Notes: generated by a model from the sequence alone, not told the origin. 64,000 nucleotides of DNA from an uncultured Acidimicrobiia bacterium (GCA_964196325.1 CAXMST010000099.1:4367-68366), one strand, 5' to 3'. Numbered from the stretch's first letter, positions 36,642 to 46,863 are shown. Made by a program: numbers and translations.

Positions 36642-37981
36642 TCGTCGACCTCGGCGAGCGCCTCCGCCACGGCGCCGAGCGTCCGCTCCAGCGCTGTCGC
36701 GTCATGGGCAAGCGACACGAACCAGGCCTCGAACTGGGACGGCGGCGGATAGACGCCCCGCCTCAGAAGCCCCCGGCACAGAGCGGCGTAAGCGTCGAGA
36801 TCGCAGGACTGGGCCGCGCTGAAATCGGTGGGGGGCTCGGCCCGCATGAACAGCGTCGCCAGGCCCGGCGCCGAGGCGACGCTGGCTCGACCCGCCGCTC
36901 CGGCGGCGTTGATCGCCTCGCGCAGGCCGACTACGAGTGCCTCGGTCAGCTCCGTCAGGCGTCGGTATGCGTCCTCATCGAGGAGCTCCAGCGTGGCCAG
37001 TCCGGCGGCGACCGCGACTGGGTTCCCTGACAGGGTCCCCGCCTGGTAGACGTCGCCGGCGGGCGAAATCCACTCCATCAGCTCGCGACTACCTCCGTAG
37101 GCCGCGGCCGGAAGGCCGCCCCCCAGCACCTTGCCCATGATCGTCAGGTCGGCGTCGAAGCCAAGCAGCTCCTGGGCACCGCCGCGCGCGACCCGGAAGC
37201 CCGAGATCACCTCGTCCGCGATCAACAATGCTCCACTCGAGTCGGCCAGCTGGCGGAGATGCTCGAGAAACCCGGGGGTCGGCGGTACGACGCCCATGTT
37301 GGCCGGGATCGGCTCGCAGAGAATCGCAGCCGGGGGGTCGGCGGGCTCGTCCGCCGACCCGCTGACCGCCCGGGTCACGGCCTCGAAGTCGTTCCAGCCG
37401 ACCACCGTGGTCGCGGCCGCCTGGGCAGCCGGCACGCCCGGCGAGGCGGGAATCCCCGCAGTGGCGAGGCCGGAGCCTGCATCGGCCAGCAACCCATCGA
37501 CGTGGCCGTGGTAGGCGCCCGCGAACTTGACCAGGCGCTCGCGCCCGGTGGCCGCCCGGGCCAGGCGCACCGCGCTCAAGGTCGCCTCGGTCCCGGAATT
37601 GACCATACGCACCATCTCGACCGCGTCAAAGCGCACGCAAACCTGCTCCGCCAGCTCCACCTCCGCGGCGGTCGCTGCTCCGTAGGAAGTCCCGTCCGCG
37701 GCCGCCCGGGCGACCGCCTCGACCACCTCAGGTCGAGCATGCCCGCAGATCAGTGGACCCCAGGAAGAGATCCAGTCGACATAGCGGTTGCCGTCGACGT
37801 CGACGAGCTCGCAGCCTTCGGCCCGCTCGATGAAGATCGGGTCACGCCCGATCGCGGCCATCGCCCGGACCGGGGAGTTGACCCCGCCGGGCATCACGCC
37901 GAGCGCGCGCCGGTACAACTCAGCTGAGCGGGTGTCTGAGGGCACGGCCGCGATCGCTAGCCGGAGTGCGCCTGCTCCCAC
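36638..37981 (-). CDS. hemL: Glutamate-1-semialdehyde 2,1-aminomutase
   Basis: LYRRALGVMPGGVNSPVRA...DEVISGFR...GKVLGGGLP is the classic HemL pattern. The exact start is uncertain. Confidence 0.95.
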   Translation of the reverse strand: MGAGALRLAIAAVPSDTRSAELYRRALGVMPGGVNSPVRAMAAIGRDPIFIERAEGCELVDVDGNRYVDWISSWGPLICGHARPEVVEAVARAAADGTSYGAATAAEVELAEQVCVRFDAVEMVRMVNSGTEATLSAVRLARAATGRERLVKFAGAYHGHVDGLLADAGSGLATAGIPASPGVPAAQAAATTVVGWNDFEAVTRAVSGSADEPADPPAAILCEPIPANMGVVPPTPGFLEHLRQLADSSGALLIADEVISGFRVARGGAQELLGFDADLTIMGKVLGGGLPAAAYGGSRELMEWISPAGDVYQAGTLSGNPVAVAAGLATLELLDEDAYRRLTELTEALVVGLREAINAAGAAGRASVASAPGLATLFMRAEPPTDFSAAQSCDLDAYAALCRGLLRRGVYPPPSQFEAWFVSLAHDATALERTLGAVAEALAEVDE

Positions 37982-39102
37982 TCCCGGTAGTCGTCCGTGA
38001 AGTAGCGCAGGCGGATCTTCTTGTATTCGGTGCTGCTGTACAGGACGGCTCGATCGGAGCCGTGCAGATCGTGCTCATCGGCGATCGAGTCGAGCACGGC
38101 GTCGCACTCCCGCTTGGAGCGGCCATGGGCCATCGTGAACACCGAGTACGGCCAGTCGGCGTAGATCGGTCGCTCGTAGCAATGCGAGATGCCTCGCACA
38201 GCCGCCATTCGGCCGCCGACCTCCGGGACGTCATCGGGGTCGACCCGCCAGACCCCCATGCCGTTCGCCGAGAAGCCCGCGCGACGATGGTTGAGGATCG
38301 CCGCCACTCGGCGCAGGAGATGCCGGGGCACCATCGCCTCGAGGTGCTCGAGCATCGCTTCGGTGCTGATCCCGACGGCTTCGGCGGCCTCATCGTAGGG
38401 GTGATCGACGATCGCCATCGGACCCTGCAGCGCGCGGATCACGGCGATGTCGCGGTCGTCGTAAGGCTGTCGTTCGAGCTCCCGCGGCGGGGTCGCCTCG
38501 ACCTTTGCCGCCAGAGCGTCCGTTCCGCCCGCCATCTCCAGGTTCATGTTGATCTTGAACATCGTCAGCGTCGGCAGCTGGCGGATCGATTCCGCACCGG
38601 TCGCCTCCTGCAGCCGCGTCAGCGTCCCCTGCAGGCCCAGCTCGGAATCGGGAGGCGTCGCGATCGTGAACCAGAGGTTGAACTCGTGCGTGCGCAGATA
38701 ATTATGCGAGACGCCTGGATGGGCGTTGATGATCTCGGCCGGCCGGTGCGGATATTCGGTGTCGACCCTGGCGGCGACCAGCATCGAGGAGTAACCGAGC
38801 GCCCGGGTGTCGAAGATCGGCGTGATCTCGCGGATGATTCGGCCGTCGACGAGCCGCTGGGCCCTTGCCATCGCGTCGTCGAGCTCGAGTCCGGCCCGCT
38901 GGGCGACGAATGCGTAAGGCTCAGGGATCAGCGGGAACTCCGACTGCATCACGTTCATCAGCCGCTTGTCAGCGGCGTCGAGGGGGATCGCCGCGCCATC
39001 CTTGCGCGAGCGGGCTTTCGAGCGAGGCAGCTTCTGGCTGCCGTTGCCACTCTCGGCCCCGGTGTCGGTGTCGGTTGCCTCGATCTCGGTCAATTCAGCC
39101 AT
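37957..39102 (-). CDS. Fused AhbA/AhbB (NirD/L/G/H-family) siroheme decarboxylase-like protein
   Basis: Two tandem Lrp/AsnC-like halves. First half: [16 protein letters not shown]...[11 protein letters not shown]...HPGVSHNY.R...NLWFT. Second half: VIRALQGPM...[19 protein letters not shown]...ISHCYERP...[11 protein letters not shown]. Confidence 0.78.
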   Translation of the reverse strand: MAELTEIEATDTDTGAESGNGSQKLPRSKARSRKDGAAIPLDAADKRLMNVMQSEFPLIPEPYAFVAQRAGLELDDAMARAQRLVDGRIIREITPIFDTRALGYSSMLVAARVDTEYPHRPAEIINAHPGVSHNYLRTHEFNLWFTIATPPDSELGLQGTLTRLQEATGAESIRQLPTLTMFKINMNLEMAGGTDALAAKVEATPPRELERQPYDDRDIAVIRALQGPMAIVDHPYDEAAEAVGISTEAMLEHLEAMVPRHLLRRVAAILNHRRAGFSANGMGVWRVDPDDVPEVGGRMAAVRGISHCYERPIYADWPYSVFTMAHGRSKRECDAVLDSIADEHDLHGSDRAVLYSSTEYKKIRLRYFTDDYREWEQAHSG

Positions 39103-40061
39103 CTGGCCGCTTCCTTCGCGTAATAGGTGATCACGACGTCTGCCCCGGCCCGCCGAATCGCGGTCAGCGCCTCAAGCGCCGCGGCCCGCTCGTCGAGCCA
39201 GCCGTTGGCGGCAGCCGCCTTCAGCATCGAGTATTCGCCCGAGACATGGTATGCCGCAAGCGGGGCCTCGGTCTCCTGCTTGACGCGTTGCACGACGTCG
39301 AGATAGGGAAGCGCCGGCTTGACGATCAGCATGTCCGCGCCCTCCTCGAGATCCAGTCGCGCCTCGCGCAGGCCCTCGACCGCGTTGGCGGGGTCCATCT
39401 GGTAGCTCCGGCGGTCGCCCTGCGACGGGCTCGAGTCGGCCGCCTCCCGGAACGGACCGTAGAAGGCCGATGCGTACTTGACCGCGTAGGAGATGATCGG
39501 GGTCTGGGCATGGCCCTCACGGTCAAGCTGCTCACGGATTGCGACGACGCGGCCGTCCATCATGTCGCTCGGGGCGATCGCGTCGGCGCCCGCCTCAGCC
39601 TGCGAGAGCGCCGTCTTGGTGATCAGCTCGAGCGAGAGATCGTTGTCGACCTCACCGTCACGGAGAAACCCACAGTGGCCGTGCGCCGTGTAAGCACAAA
39701 GGCAGGTGTCGGCGATCACGATCAGCTCAGGGTGGGCTTCCTTCAGGGCCCGGATCGCGAGCTGTGTGACGCCCTCCTCGTCGTAGGCGCCGCTGCCGAC
39801 CTCATCCTTGTCGGCCGGGATCCCGAAGAGCAGCACCGCGGGCACCCCCGCCTCGGCCACCTCCCCGGCTTCCTCGACCAGCGCCGAGATCGAGAGCCGA
39901 TCGATGCCGGGCATGGAATCGATCGGCTCACGCAGATCCTCACCCGCGGTCACGAACAGAGGCTGGACCAGGTCGGCGGAGCGTAGCGTGGTCTCCCGCA
40001 CCATGTCCCGGAGCGCCTCGGTGCGCCGCAGGCGTCGCATTCTGGTTGCGGGAAAGGCCAC
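39090..40061 (-). CDS. hemB: Porphobilinogen synthase (delta-aminolevulinic acid dehydratase)
   Basis: RMRRLR...LVQPLFV...active-site lysine regions [10 protein letters not shown] and SGEY.M. Confidence 0.95.
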   Translation of the reverse strand: MAFPATRMRRLRRTEALRDMVRETTLRSADLVQPLFVTAGEDLREPIDSMPGIDRLSISALVEEAGEVAEAGVPAVLLFGIPADKDEVGSGAYDEEGVTQLAIRALKEAHPELIVIADTCLCAYTAHGHCGFLRDGEVDNDLSLELITKTALSQAEAGADAIAPSDMMDGRVVAIREQLDREGHAQTPIISYAVKYASAFYGPFREAADSSPSQGDRRSYQMDPANAVEGLREARLDLEEGADMLIVKPALPYLDVVQRVKQETEAPLAAYHVSGEYSMLKAAAANGWLDERAAALEALTAIRRAGADVVITYYAKEAARWLN

Positions 40062-40202
40062 GGCGCCAGTCTAGATCCGCCCCCGGCTCACCGCATCGAC
40101 CTATGGCTTTCTTTCAAGAGCGCTTGCCCTCGCCGACAAGGCAAGCCGCCGCTACCGCCATTCGTCCAAAGCGGGCGCCAGCGGCGGCCTGACCGGCGCC
40201 GC

Positions 40203-41552
40203 TCAGTCGAAGCGTCGCAGGGCGAGGCGGGCGAGCAGCGAGTAGGCGACCGTGAGCGCAGCCAGGTGGGCGATCGCCGCTGCCAGCGAGGGACCGGCCT
40301 CCTCGAGCGCTCCCTGCAGCGCCCTCAACGCGGGATCGAACGGGAACAGTGCCGTGACGATGCCGATCACGTCGAAGAGGCCGGGACCGACGGTGCCCGA
40401 GGGGACGAGTGAGAGGAAGGCAATCGGCAGCGAGACCATGAAGGCGAGCAGCGAGGCGACCCGCACCTCGCGGGCGGCGCCCCCCACCGCGGCGCCGAAG
40501 GCAGCGAAGCCGGCGCCGCCCGCGGCGATCGCCGGCAGCCAGAGCAGGAAGCGTCCCCACTGCAGCGAGAGGAACAGCTCCAGGCCGGCGAGCATCAAGA
40601 GGGTCACAGCAACCGCGACCACGATGCCCAGCGCGATCTTCTCCGCGAGGAGGCCGGACGGGGAGATGAGGCCGCGCACGAGCCGCCGGTAGGTGTTCTC
40701 CTCGCGCTCCAGCGCGAGCGAGCCGGCGACCAGCAACATCGTCGTGAACATCAGGGTGATCGCCGCCGCGACGGCGATCGCAAACAGATCGAGCGAGGGG
40801 CTGCTACCCCCGACCACCTGACGGTCGACCCCGATCGGCTGCGAAACCGCCCCCAAGAGGTCGTCGGCAACCGCGAGGTTCTCGGCTGCGACCGAGGCGA
40901 AATCGATCACCCGCTCCAGCTCCTGCCGCTGCTCGCTGCCCTTCGGCAGCTGATCGCCGACCTGGGTCAGGATCGCCTCGGCCGCGCGCAGGCCGAGAAC
41001 CTCGAACTCGGCCCCCAACAGATCAAGCGAGCCGCCGTCCAGGAGGATGCCCAGGTAGCCCACAGAGATCTCGGAGATCTGCTGCGAGATACGCAGGTTG
41101 GCGCCGGCAAGCAGGGACTCGATCCGATCGTCGACCAGCTGTCCCTTGACCGGGTCCTCCTCGTTGATCAGCACCTCGACGGTCGCCTGGGCCGGCGCCA
41201 GGCCGCCGAGCGACTCAAGCTTCTGGATCAGATCCGCGGGCAGGATCAGGGCGCCGAGGACGTCGCCGGAGGCGACCAGATCGCGGGCCTCCGCCCGGGT
41301 CGAAACGCGCACGCATTCGATCCGGTCGCAGAGCTCATCGCGACCCGCGACCAGGTCGAACTCCTCACCGCCGACGGTCAGGGGCGTATCCGCCGGGACC
41401 TCGTTGAGGAAGGCCACGCGAGGCTTGTCGGGGCCGGCCGAGAGTGCAAGGCCGATCAGCACCGCGATCACGATCGGGTAGATCACGAGCAGCGCCGTGA
41501 GCAACGGCGAGCGCCACATCAGCCTCAGGTCCTTGAGCAACAACGCCCGCAT
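40203..41552 (-). CDS. ABC-2 type transporter permease with large extracytoplasmic loop
   Basis: Start at MRALLLKDLRLMWRSP (internal ATG, 10 nt after the ATPase stop). One N-terminal TM helix, a long loop, then a C-terminal 5-helix bundle. Confidence 0.8.
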   Translation of the reverse strand: MRALLLKDLRLMWRSPLLTALLVIYPIVIAVLIGLALSAGPDKPRVAFLNEVPADTPLTVGGEEFDLVAGRDELCDRIECVRVSTRAEARDLVASGDVLGALILPADLIQKLESLGGLAPAQATVEVLINEEDPVKGQLVDDRIESLLAGANLRISQQISEISVGYLGILLDGGSLDLLGAEFEVLGLRAAEAILTQVGDQLPKGSEQRQELERVIDFASVAAENLAVADDLLGAVSQPIGVDRQVVGGSSPSLDLFAIAVAAAITLMFTTMLLVAGSLALEREENTYRRLVRGLISPSGLLAEKIALGIVVAVAVTLLMLAGLELFLSLQWGRFLLWLPAIAAGGAGFAAFGAAVGGAAREVRVASLLAFMVSLPIAFLSLVPSGTVGPGLFDVIGIVTALFPFDPALRALQGALEEAGPSLAAAIAHLAALTVAYSLLARLALRRFD

Positions 41553-41562
41553 CCGCACCGCC

Positions 41563-42285
41563 TCAGTGCCCGCGCTCGCGGAGGAAGTTGACGAACGCCG
41601 CCTCGAAGTCGGCGGCACCGTCCCCCGCCGCCGCGTGCAACTCCGCGGGAGTGCCGTCGAACAGACCCTCGCCATCGGCGAGCACGATCAACCGGTTTCC
41701 ATAGCGCTCGGCCTCGGCGATGTTGTGGGTGCTGAAGATCACCGTCGTCCCGGCCGCCGCCAGGCCAAGGACGAACTCCCACAGGCGGGACCGCTGGCGC
41801 GGGTCGAGCCCGGTCGAAGGCTCATCGAGAAGCAGCACCGCCGGGTGCCCGAGCAGCCCGATCGCGATGTTGACGCGCTGCTGGTTGCCGCTCGAGAGGG
41901 TTCCCGCAAGATCGGCCCGGCGCTCACCGAGCGCCGCCTGCTCGAGCATCCGCTCGACCTCACCCTCGAGCTCCTCGGCTCCTTCGAGCCGGGCGAACAG
42001 ACGCAGGTTCTCCTCGACCGTCAGCTTCCGGTACAGCGCCGGGCGCTGGGGGACGAAGCCGACCCGCCCGGAGCCTACCTCGATCCTGCCGCCATCGGGC
42101 TCGACCGATCCGGCGATGATCGACAGCAAGGTCGTCTTGCCGGCGCCGTTCGGGCCGATCACCGCGAGCAGCTCGCCCGCCTCCGCCGCAAACCCGACCC
42201 CTTTCAAGGCGGCCCGATCGCCGAAGCTCTTGCGCACGGAGGCGACCTCGATCGCCGCCTCCACGCTGCTCGACAGCGTCTGCAT
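41563..42285 (-). CDS. ABC transporter ATP-binding protein
   Basis: Walker A GPNGAGKTT, signature LSSGNQQR, Walker B LLLDEP, H-loop STH. Start at the internal ATG (MQTLSSS). Confidence 0.9.
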   Translation of the reverse strand: MQTLSSSVEAAIEVASVRKSFGDRAALKGVGFAAEAGELLAVIGPNGAGKTTLLSIIAGSVEPDGGRIEVGSGRVGFVPQRPALYRKLTVEENLRLFARLEGAEELEGEVERMLEQAALGERRADLAGTLSSGNQQRVNIAIGLLGHPAVLLLDEPSTGLDPRQRSRLWEFVLGLAAAGTTVIFSTHNIAEAERYGNRLIVLADGEGLFDGTPAELHAAAGDGAADFEAAFVNFLRERGH

Positions 42286-42343
42286 CTGCGGAAAGCTAGT
42301 TGACTCGCGGCGCGGGGTCGCCTGATCGGGGAGACTGAGCCCG

Positions 42344-43129
42344 ATGCGGTTCCTGTTCATCGGTGACGTGGTCGGCAAGCCCGGCCGGCGCGGCCTCGCC
42401 GCGCGGCTGCCGCAACTGCGCCAGAGCCACAGCGCCGAGCTGGTCATCGTCAACGGCGAGAACTCCGCCGGCGGGATCGGGATCGACGAGCGCTCGGCCG
42501 AGGAGATCTTCGCCGCCGGAGCCGATGTGATCACGCTCGGCAACCACGCGTATCGACAGCGGAGCTCCTATGAGCTGCTCGACCGCGACGAGCGAATCGT
42601 GCGGCCCGCGAACTACCCGAAGGGCAATCCCGGTCAGGGCTCGACCATGATCGAGGTTGGCGGCAGGCGGGTCGGAGTCCTGAACCTGAGCGGGGCGCTG
42701 GGGCTGACGGTCGCGCGCTCACCGTTTCCCGCGGCCGATGCCGAGCTGGGCGAGCTCGAGCGGCGCGGGGCCGAGCTCGTGATCGTCGACTTCCACGCTG
42801 AGATGACGAGTGAGAAGGTGGCGCTGGGCTGGTACCTCGACGGTCGCGTCGCGGCGGTGCTCGGCACTCATACGCATGTGCCGACCGCCGATGCTCGGGT
42901 GCTACCGGGTGGCACCGCCTTCATCGCCGACGTCGGCATGACCGGATCCCGACAGAGCATCCTCGGGGTACGGATCGAGGACGCGATGGCCGGCTTCACG
43001 ACCCAGATGCCGACCCGGTTTACGACCGCCTCAGAGGATGTCTGGATCAACGCCGTCGCGGTCACGATCGGGGAGGATGGGCGGGCCACGTCGATCGAGC
43101 AGATCCTCGAGCCGTCCGGCAGCTCCTGA
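42344..43129 (+). CDS. TIGR00282-family metallophosphoesterase (YmdB-like)
   Basis: MRFLFIGDVVGKPGRR...NGEN...GNH...DFHAE.TSEK...GTHTHV. Confidence 0.9.
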   Translation: MRFLFIGDVVGKPGRRGLAARLPQLRQSHSAELVIVNGENSAGGIGIDERSAEEIFAAGADVITLGNHAYRQRSSYELLDRDERIVRPANYPKGNPGQGSTMIEVGGRRVGVLNLSGALGLTVARSPFPAADAELGELERRGAELVIVDFHAEMTSEKVALGWYLDGRVAAVLGTHTHVPTADARVLPGGTAFIADVGMTGSRQSILGVRIEDAMAGFTTQMPTRFTTASEDVWINAVAVTIGEDGRATSIEQILEPSGSS

Positions 43130-43142
43130 GCTCGGGGCCCGC

Positions 43143-44792
43143 TCAGGCCCGGGTCGACTCACGGCGTTGACCGACGGTGATCGCCAGCAGCAGGAGCGGC
43201 AGGAACCAGACGATGTAGAGGTAGAACCAATGCTCGGCGGTGAGCTGCACCGCGATCATCACGGCCGCGCCCAAGGCGCCCACCTGGGCCATGCTGCGCC
43301 GCTGGGGCAGCAGCGCGACGGTCAGGGCCAAGCCGACGGCTGCGACCTTGACCGCGGTGTGCAGGACCTCCAGATCGACCTGGCCCCAGATCGAGAAGGG
43401 CGACTCGCGGCCGGCCTGGCTGCCGATCGTGCGCTCCCAGAAGGTCGCGATCCCGGGATCGATCAGCGGATGGGCGAAGATCAGCAGCGCGGTCGCTGCG
43501 AAGGCGCCGGCGAAGCGCAGGCTCGGGCGCAGCCGGACGCGCAGCGTGCTTCGGACGGTGGCGAGGCCGTCGCGGCCGGCCAGGAACAGCGGCACGAGCG
43601 CGAGCGGTGCAAACTTGGTCGCGACGGCAAGCGCCAGTAGGGCCCCGCGGGCGAGCGGCTGGGCGAACAACGCCAGGCTCCAGATCAGGAGGGCCGCGAG
43701 CAGCGAATCGTTCGAGTTCGACTGCAGGACGAAGGCGGTGTATGGGTAGGCCAGCCAGGCCAGCGCCAGGATCGCCGCGAGGCGGTTGCCGGCGAGCCTG
43801 CGGCCGAGCACGATCAGACCGGCGATGCTGAACAGGTCGAAGAAGATCGCCGCCGTGCGCGCGGCCGCCAGCTCGTCCCAGGCGCCGCTCCAGGGGAAGA
43901 TCCGCTCGAAGGGAACGTAGGCGTAGTAGTTGGCCGGGCCGTAGGTATCACCGTGGGGATTGTTCTCGGGGAAAACATCGAGCCCGTAGATCGGTTCAGC
44001 GTCGCTGATCCGATCGGCGCCGACGACGCCGGCGTAGCCAACATCGATCACGCCGGAGTCGGCGATGTTGATCGCCACCCTGAAGACCGCGAGGATCACG
44101 CACAGCACGATCAACGCGCGTAGTGGGCTCGACGGCCGCAGGGGCTCACTGCGACCGCCGAAGCCGACCCAGAGCATTCGCGCCAGTAGATAGAGCAAGG
44201 GCGGGTAGTAGAGCGGCACCGCGACGCCGATCTCGGCGTTGTTGAAGAACACCTGGGAGATCCCGAAGGAGAGCAGCACCAGCAGGTCGAGATGCACGAT
44301 TCTCAGCGGCCGGCGCCAGTCCAGCAGGGCGAGGAAGAAGACGGCCGCCATCGGGATCCAGACGTAGGGAGCGTTGAGGATGTGGCCGAACTGACCCTCC
44401 CGGCCGCGAGCCATCGGCCACGCGACCTGCGACCCGGTCCACGACTCCAAGACTTCGCCATCGACGCCGTCGACAACGATCAGGACCACCTTGTCGCTCC
44501 CGTCGAAATAGCCGACCTCCCAGCGACGGACCGGCTCGGAGTCGACGTCCGCGCGGAGCTCGCCCCGGCTGCGCAGCTCGCTGGACACCTTTCGATCGCG
44601 GTCGGCGATGCGCAATGCCTCACCCGCATCGACCGCGTAGCCCTCGGGCGTCTCGGGCAGCTCGTCCGGGCGCTCGATCCCCTCTGTGGACCCTGCTTGG
44701 GGAGCCCCGGCCGCGGCCGGGGCGGACGCCAGCAGCGCCGGCGCGAGCGCCAGCGCGATCCCGACGAGCAGAGGTACCGAGCGCAAGGGCAA
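43143..44792 (-). CDS. Polytopic membrane protein, probable GT-C-type glycosyltransferase (DUF2029/GT87-like) with N-terminal PepSY-like domain
   Basis: Signal peptide, a small extracytoplasmic beta domain, then at least 10 hydrophobic helices. Neighbours are GtrA and an alkaline-phosphatase-family gene. The family assignment is a judgement call. Confidence 0.5.
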   Translation of the reverse strand: MPLRSVPLLVGIALALAPALLASAPAAAGAPQAGSTEGIERPDELPETPEGYAVDAGEALRIADRDRKVSSELRSRGELRADVDSEPVRRWEVGYFDGSDKVVLIVVDGVDGEVLESWTGSQVAWPMARGREGQFGHILNAPYVWIPMAAVFFLALLDWRRPLRIVHLDLLVLLSFGISQVFFNNAEIGVAVPLYYPPLLYLLARMLWVGFGGRSEPLRPSSPLRALIVLCVILAVFRVAINIADSGVIDVGYAGVVGADRISDAEPIYGLDVFPENNPHGDTYGPANYYAYVPFERIFPWSGAWDELAAARTAAIFFDLFSIAGLIVLGRRLAGNRLAAILALAWLAYPYTAFVLQSNSNDSLLAALLIWSLALFAQPLARGALLALAVATKFAPLALVPLFLAGRDGLATVRSTLRVRLRPSLRFAGAFAATALLIFAHPLIDPGIATFWERTIGSQAGRESPFSIWGQVDLEVLHTAVKVAAVGLALTVALLPQRRSMAQVGALGAAVMIAVQLTAEHWFYLYIVWFLPLLLLAITVGQRRESTRA

Positions 44793-44812
44793 CGCAGGCC
44801 GCGAGCTGATCG

Positions 44813-45340
44813 CTAGCGAGCTCCACGCCCGCGGTCGAACGTCCAGAGCTTGTTGCCGACGAAGTTGACCGGGGTCGCGAGCGCGACGGCGACGGCCTGG
44901 GCTGGGAGCTCGGTCACATCGAGCACGTCGACCAGCACCGTCAACACCAGCAGGTTGACGGCCAGCCCGGCGAGGCTGACGGCAAAGAACCGGGCCGCCT
45001 GAAAGCCGGCGTGATCGCTTCGGGAGCCCTGGCGGGAAAACGTCCAGCGGCGGTTCAGGGCGAAGTTGTTGGTCACGGCGACCACGAAGGCTCCGACCGC
45101 GGCAGCTGTGTGGTGCAGATCGGCCCCCGCTGTCAACGCCGCGAAAACGGCGAGGTTGATCGCATAGCCGGTCCCGCCTACGACCGCAAACTGAAACAGC
45201 TGCAACCAGTTCTCCGGCTGCCGGGTACCCAGGTGGATCCTGCGCAGAACCTCCCAGGTCGCATCCGCGGCTCGGTCGGTCGGCGCCGGAACAGGCACCT
45301 CGGCGGCGCCTCGCTCATCGGTGGGCGGCGCCTCGCTCAA
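44813..45340 (-). CDS. GtrA-family membrane protein
   Basis: FQFAVVGGTGYAINLAVF...NNFALNRRWTF...PVNFVGNKLWTF. TTG start in a TTGA overlap with the upstream gene stop. The long track ORF extension is junk. Confidence 0.72.
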   Translation of the reverse strand: MSEAPPTDERGAAEVPVPAPTDRAADATWEVLRRIHLGTRQPENWLQLFQFAVVGGTGYAINLAVFAALTAGADLHHTAAAVGAFVVAVTNNFALNRRWTFSRQGSRSDHAGFQAARFFAVSLAGLAVNLLVLTVLVDVLDVTELPAQAVAVALATPVNFVGNKLWTFDRGRGAR

Positions 45341-46863
45341 CGGCTCGCGCTCGTCGGCTCGAGCCCAAAGTGTCGGAGGGCGAGCTCGGCAACATCCGAG
45401 ATCGCCCACTGATCTCGCTCTGGGCGCTGCCCCTGAAGGCCCACCGTCAGCAGCGGCCCCAATGAGTCCTCGGCTCGCAAGGAACCGTGACTGCCGCCCG
45501 GGGTGTGGGTCGAGCCGCCCCAATCGACGAACTCGTGCTCGGGCGCGGCGGAGACCAGCAGGTCCCCCGCGAACGGTGACCGGAGCGCGGCCCAGAGCCG
45601 GGCGAACCCATCGGGGTAGATGGCGGAGTCGATGGTTCCCGCCGAGACCTCGGCCCCGAGCACGCCGAGGTCGCCCTCCCAGCTCCAGCCACAACCGCGG
45701 CGATCGACCGCCGCGGTTCCCGGCGCGAAGCGCAACTCCGAGCCGGCCCGGGCCAGGGTCGCCCAACGCGCCGCGGGCACGCCGACCGCTCGACGCTGCG
45801 CCGGCCTGCCCTGCTCATCGACAAGCCAGGCGAGCAACTCGACCCCGGGCTCGGCCGCAAGGCTGGCGCGGGCACCGTCGTGCAGACGGCGACCACGAGC
45901 CCCCTCGCGCAGCACCCAGACCGCCGCGGCCCTGGCGCTCGGGCCGAACGCCAGCTCAGCCTGCTCAGGGTGCTCGGCGTTGGGCTCGAGCAAGGCCCAC
46001 TCCTCGGAGAGGATCGCGGCGGCGTCGAGGGCGACGCTGACATCGGATTGCGAATGGTCGGCCATCAGGATCACCGCATTGTCAACCAGAAACGCGTCGA
46101 GGCCGCCCGCGGCCTCGACGATCGCGCCAAAGCACTCGTCAGCGTGGGCGATCGAGACCTCGCTGGCGCCGGGCCCGTGTCTGTGGGAGTAGTGATCGTT
46201 GTCGGGCAACGAGAACAGCATGAAGTCGTAGAGATCCCGCTCCACCAACTCGACGCCAACGCAGGCGGAGTAGTCATCGCGTGCGTCGGGCCGCGCCAGG
46301 GTCGGCTTGCAGGCCACCTTGCGGGAGGCGTAGAGCTCGCCATAGAAGAGCTCCTCGGGGCCCCAAACCGCATGATGAAACTTGGCAGCGGTCGCGACCC
46401 TACCCAGCAAGCCGTCGAGGCCGAGCTCATGCCGAGTTCGGCCTCGATAGATCAGGAAGGGCGTACACGCGCTGCGTAGACCCGCGTCGCCGAGGCTCTC
46501 GTAGAGCGTCTCGATCTCGTCCGAGAGATGAGCCATGTTCATGTTGTAGACAGTGTCGTAAAGAGCACTGAACAGCCCGAAGGTCCGCGTAGCCTCCCAC
46601 GAAGAGCCGTACTCGACGTAGCGTCCCTCGGCCCGGTGATACCAGTTCATCCCGGGAATCCGGTGGGCGTCAGGCCGACGCCCGGTGAGGATCTCGGAGG
46701 TGCACACCGGGGTCACCGATGGGAAGCTCGAGACGCAGTCAGAGACCAGCTCGCCGCGTTCGAGCAGCTTGGCGAAGGTCGGGGCGGCCCCCGACCCGGC
46801 CGCCCTTAGGAGCATGTCGGTGCGCAGGGAGTCGACGACTACTAATACGAGCTTGCGTTGCAT
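45337..46863 (-). CDS. Alkaline phosphatase / nucleotide pyrophosphatase-phosphodiesterase family protein
   Basis: N-terminal VLVVVDSLRTDML...FPSVTPVCTSEILTG (metal/nucleophile region) and later DH.S..HR..G and GSHG motifs. Confidence 0.8.
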   Translation of the reverse strand: MQRKLVLVVVDSLRTDMLLRAAGSGAAPTFAKLLERGELVSDCVSSFPSVTPVCTSEILTGRRPDAHRIPGMNWYHRAEGRYVEYGSSWEATRTFGLFSALYDTVYNMNMAHLSDEIETLYESLGDAGLRSACTPFLIYRGRTRHELGLDGLLGRVATAAKFHHAVWGPEELFYGELYASRKVACKPTLARPDARDDYSACVGVELVERDLYDFMLFSLPDNDHYSHRHGPGASEVSIAHADECFGAIVEAAGGLDAFLVDNAVILMADHSQSDVSVALDAAAILSEEWALLEPNAEHPEQAELAFGPSARAAAVWVLREGARGRRLHDGARASLAAEPGVELLAWLVDEQGRPAQRRAVGVPAARWATLARAGSELRFAPGTAAVDRRGCGWSWEGDLGVLGAEVSAGTIDSAIYPDGFARLWAALRSPFAGDLLVSAAPEHEFVDWGGSTHTPGGSHGSLRAEDSLGPLLTVGLQGQRPERDQWAISDVAELALRHFGLEPTSASR

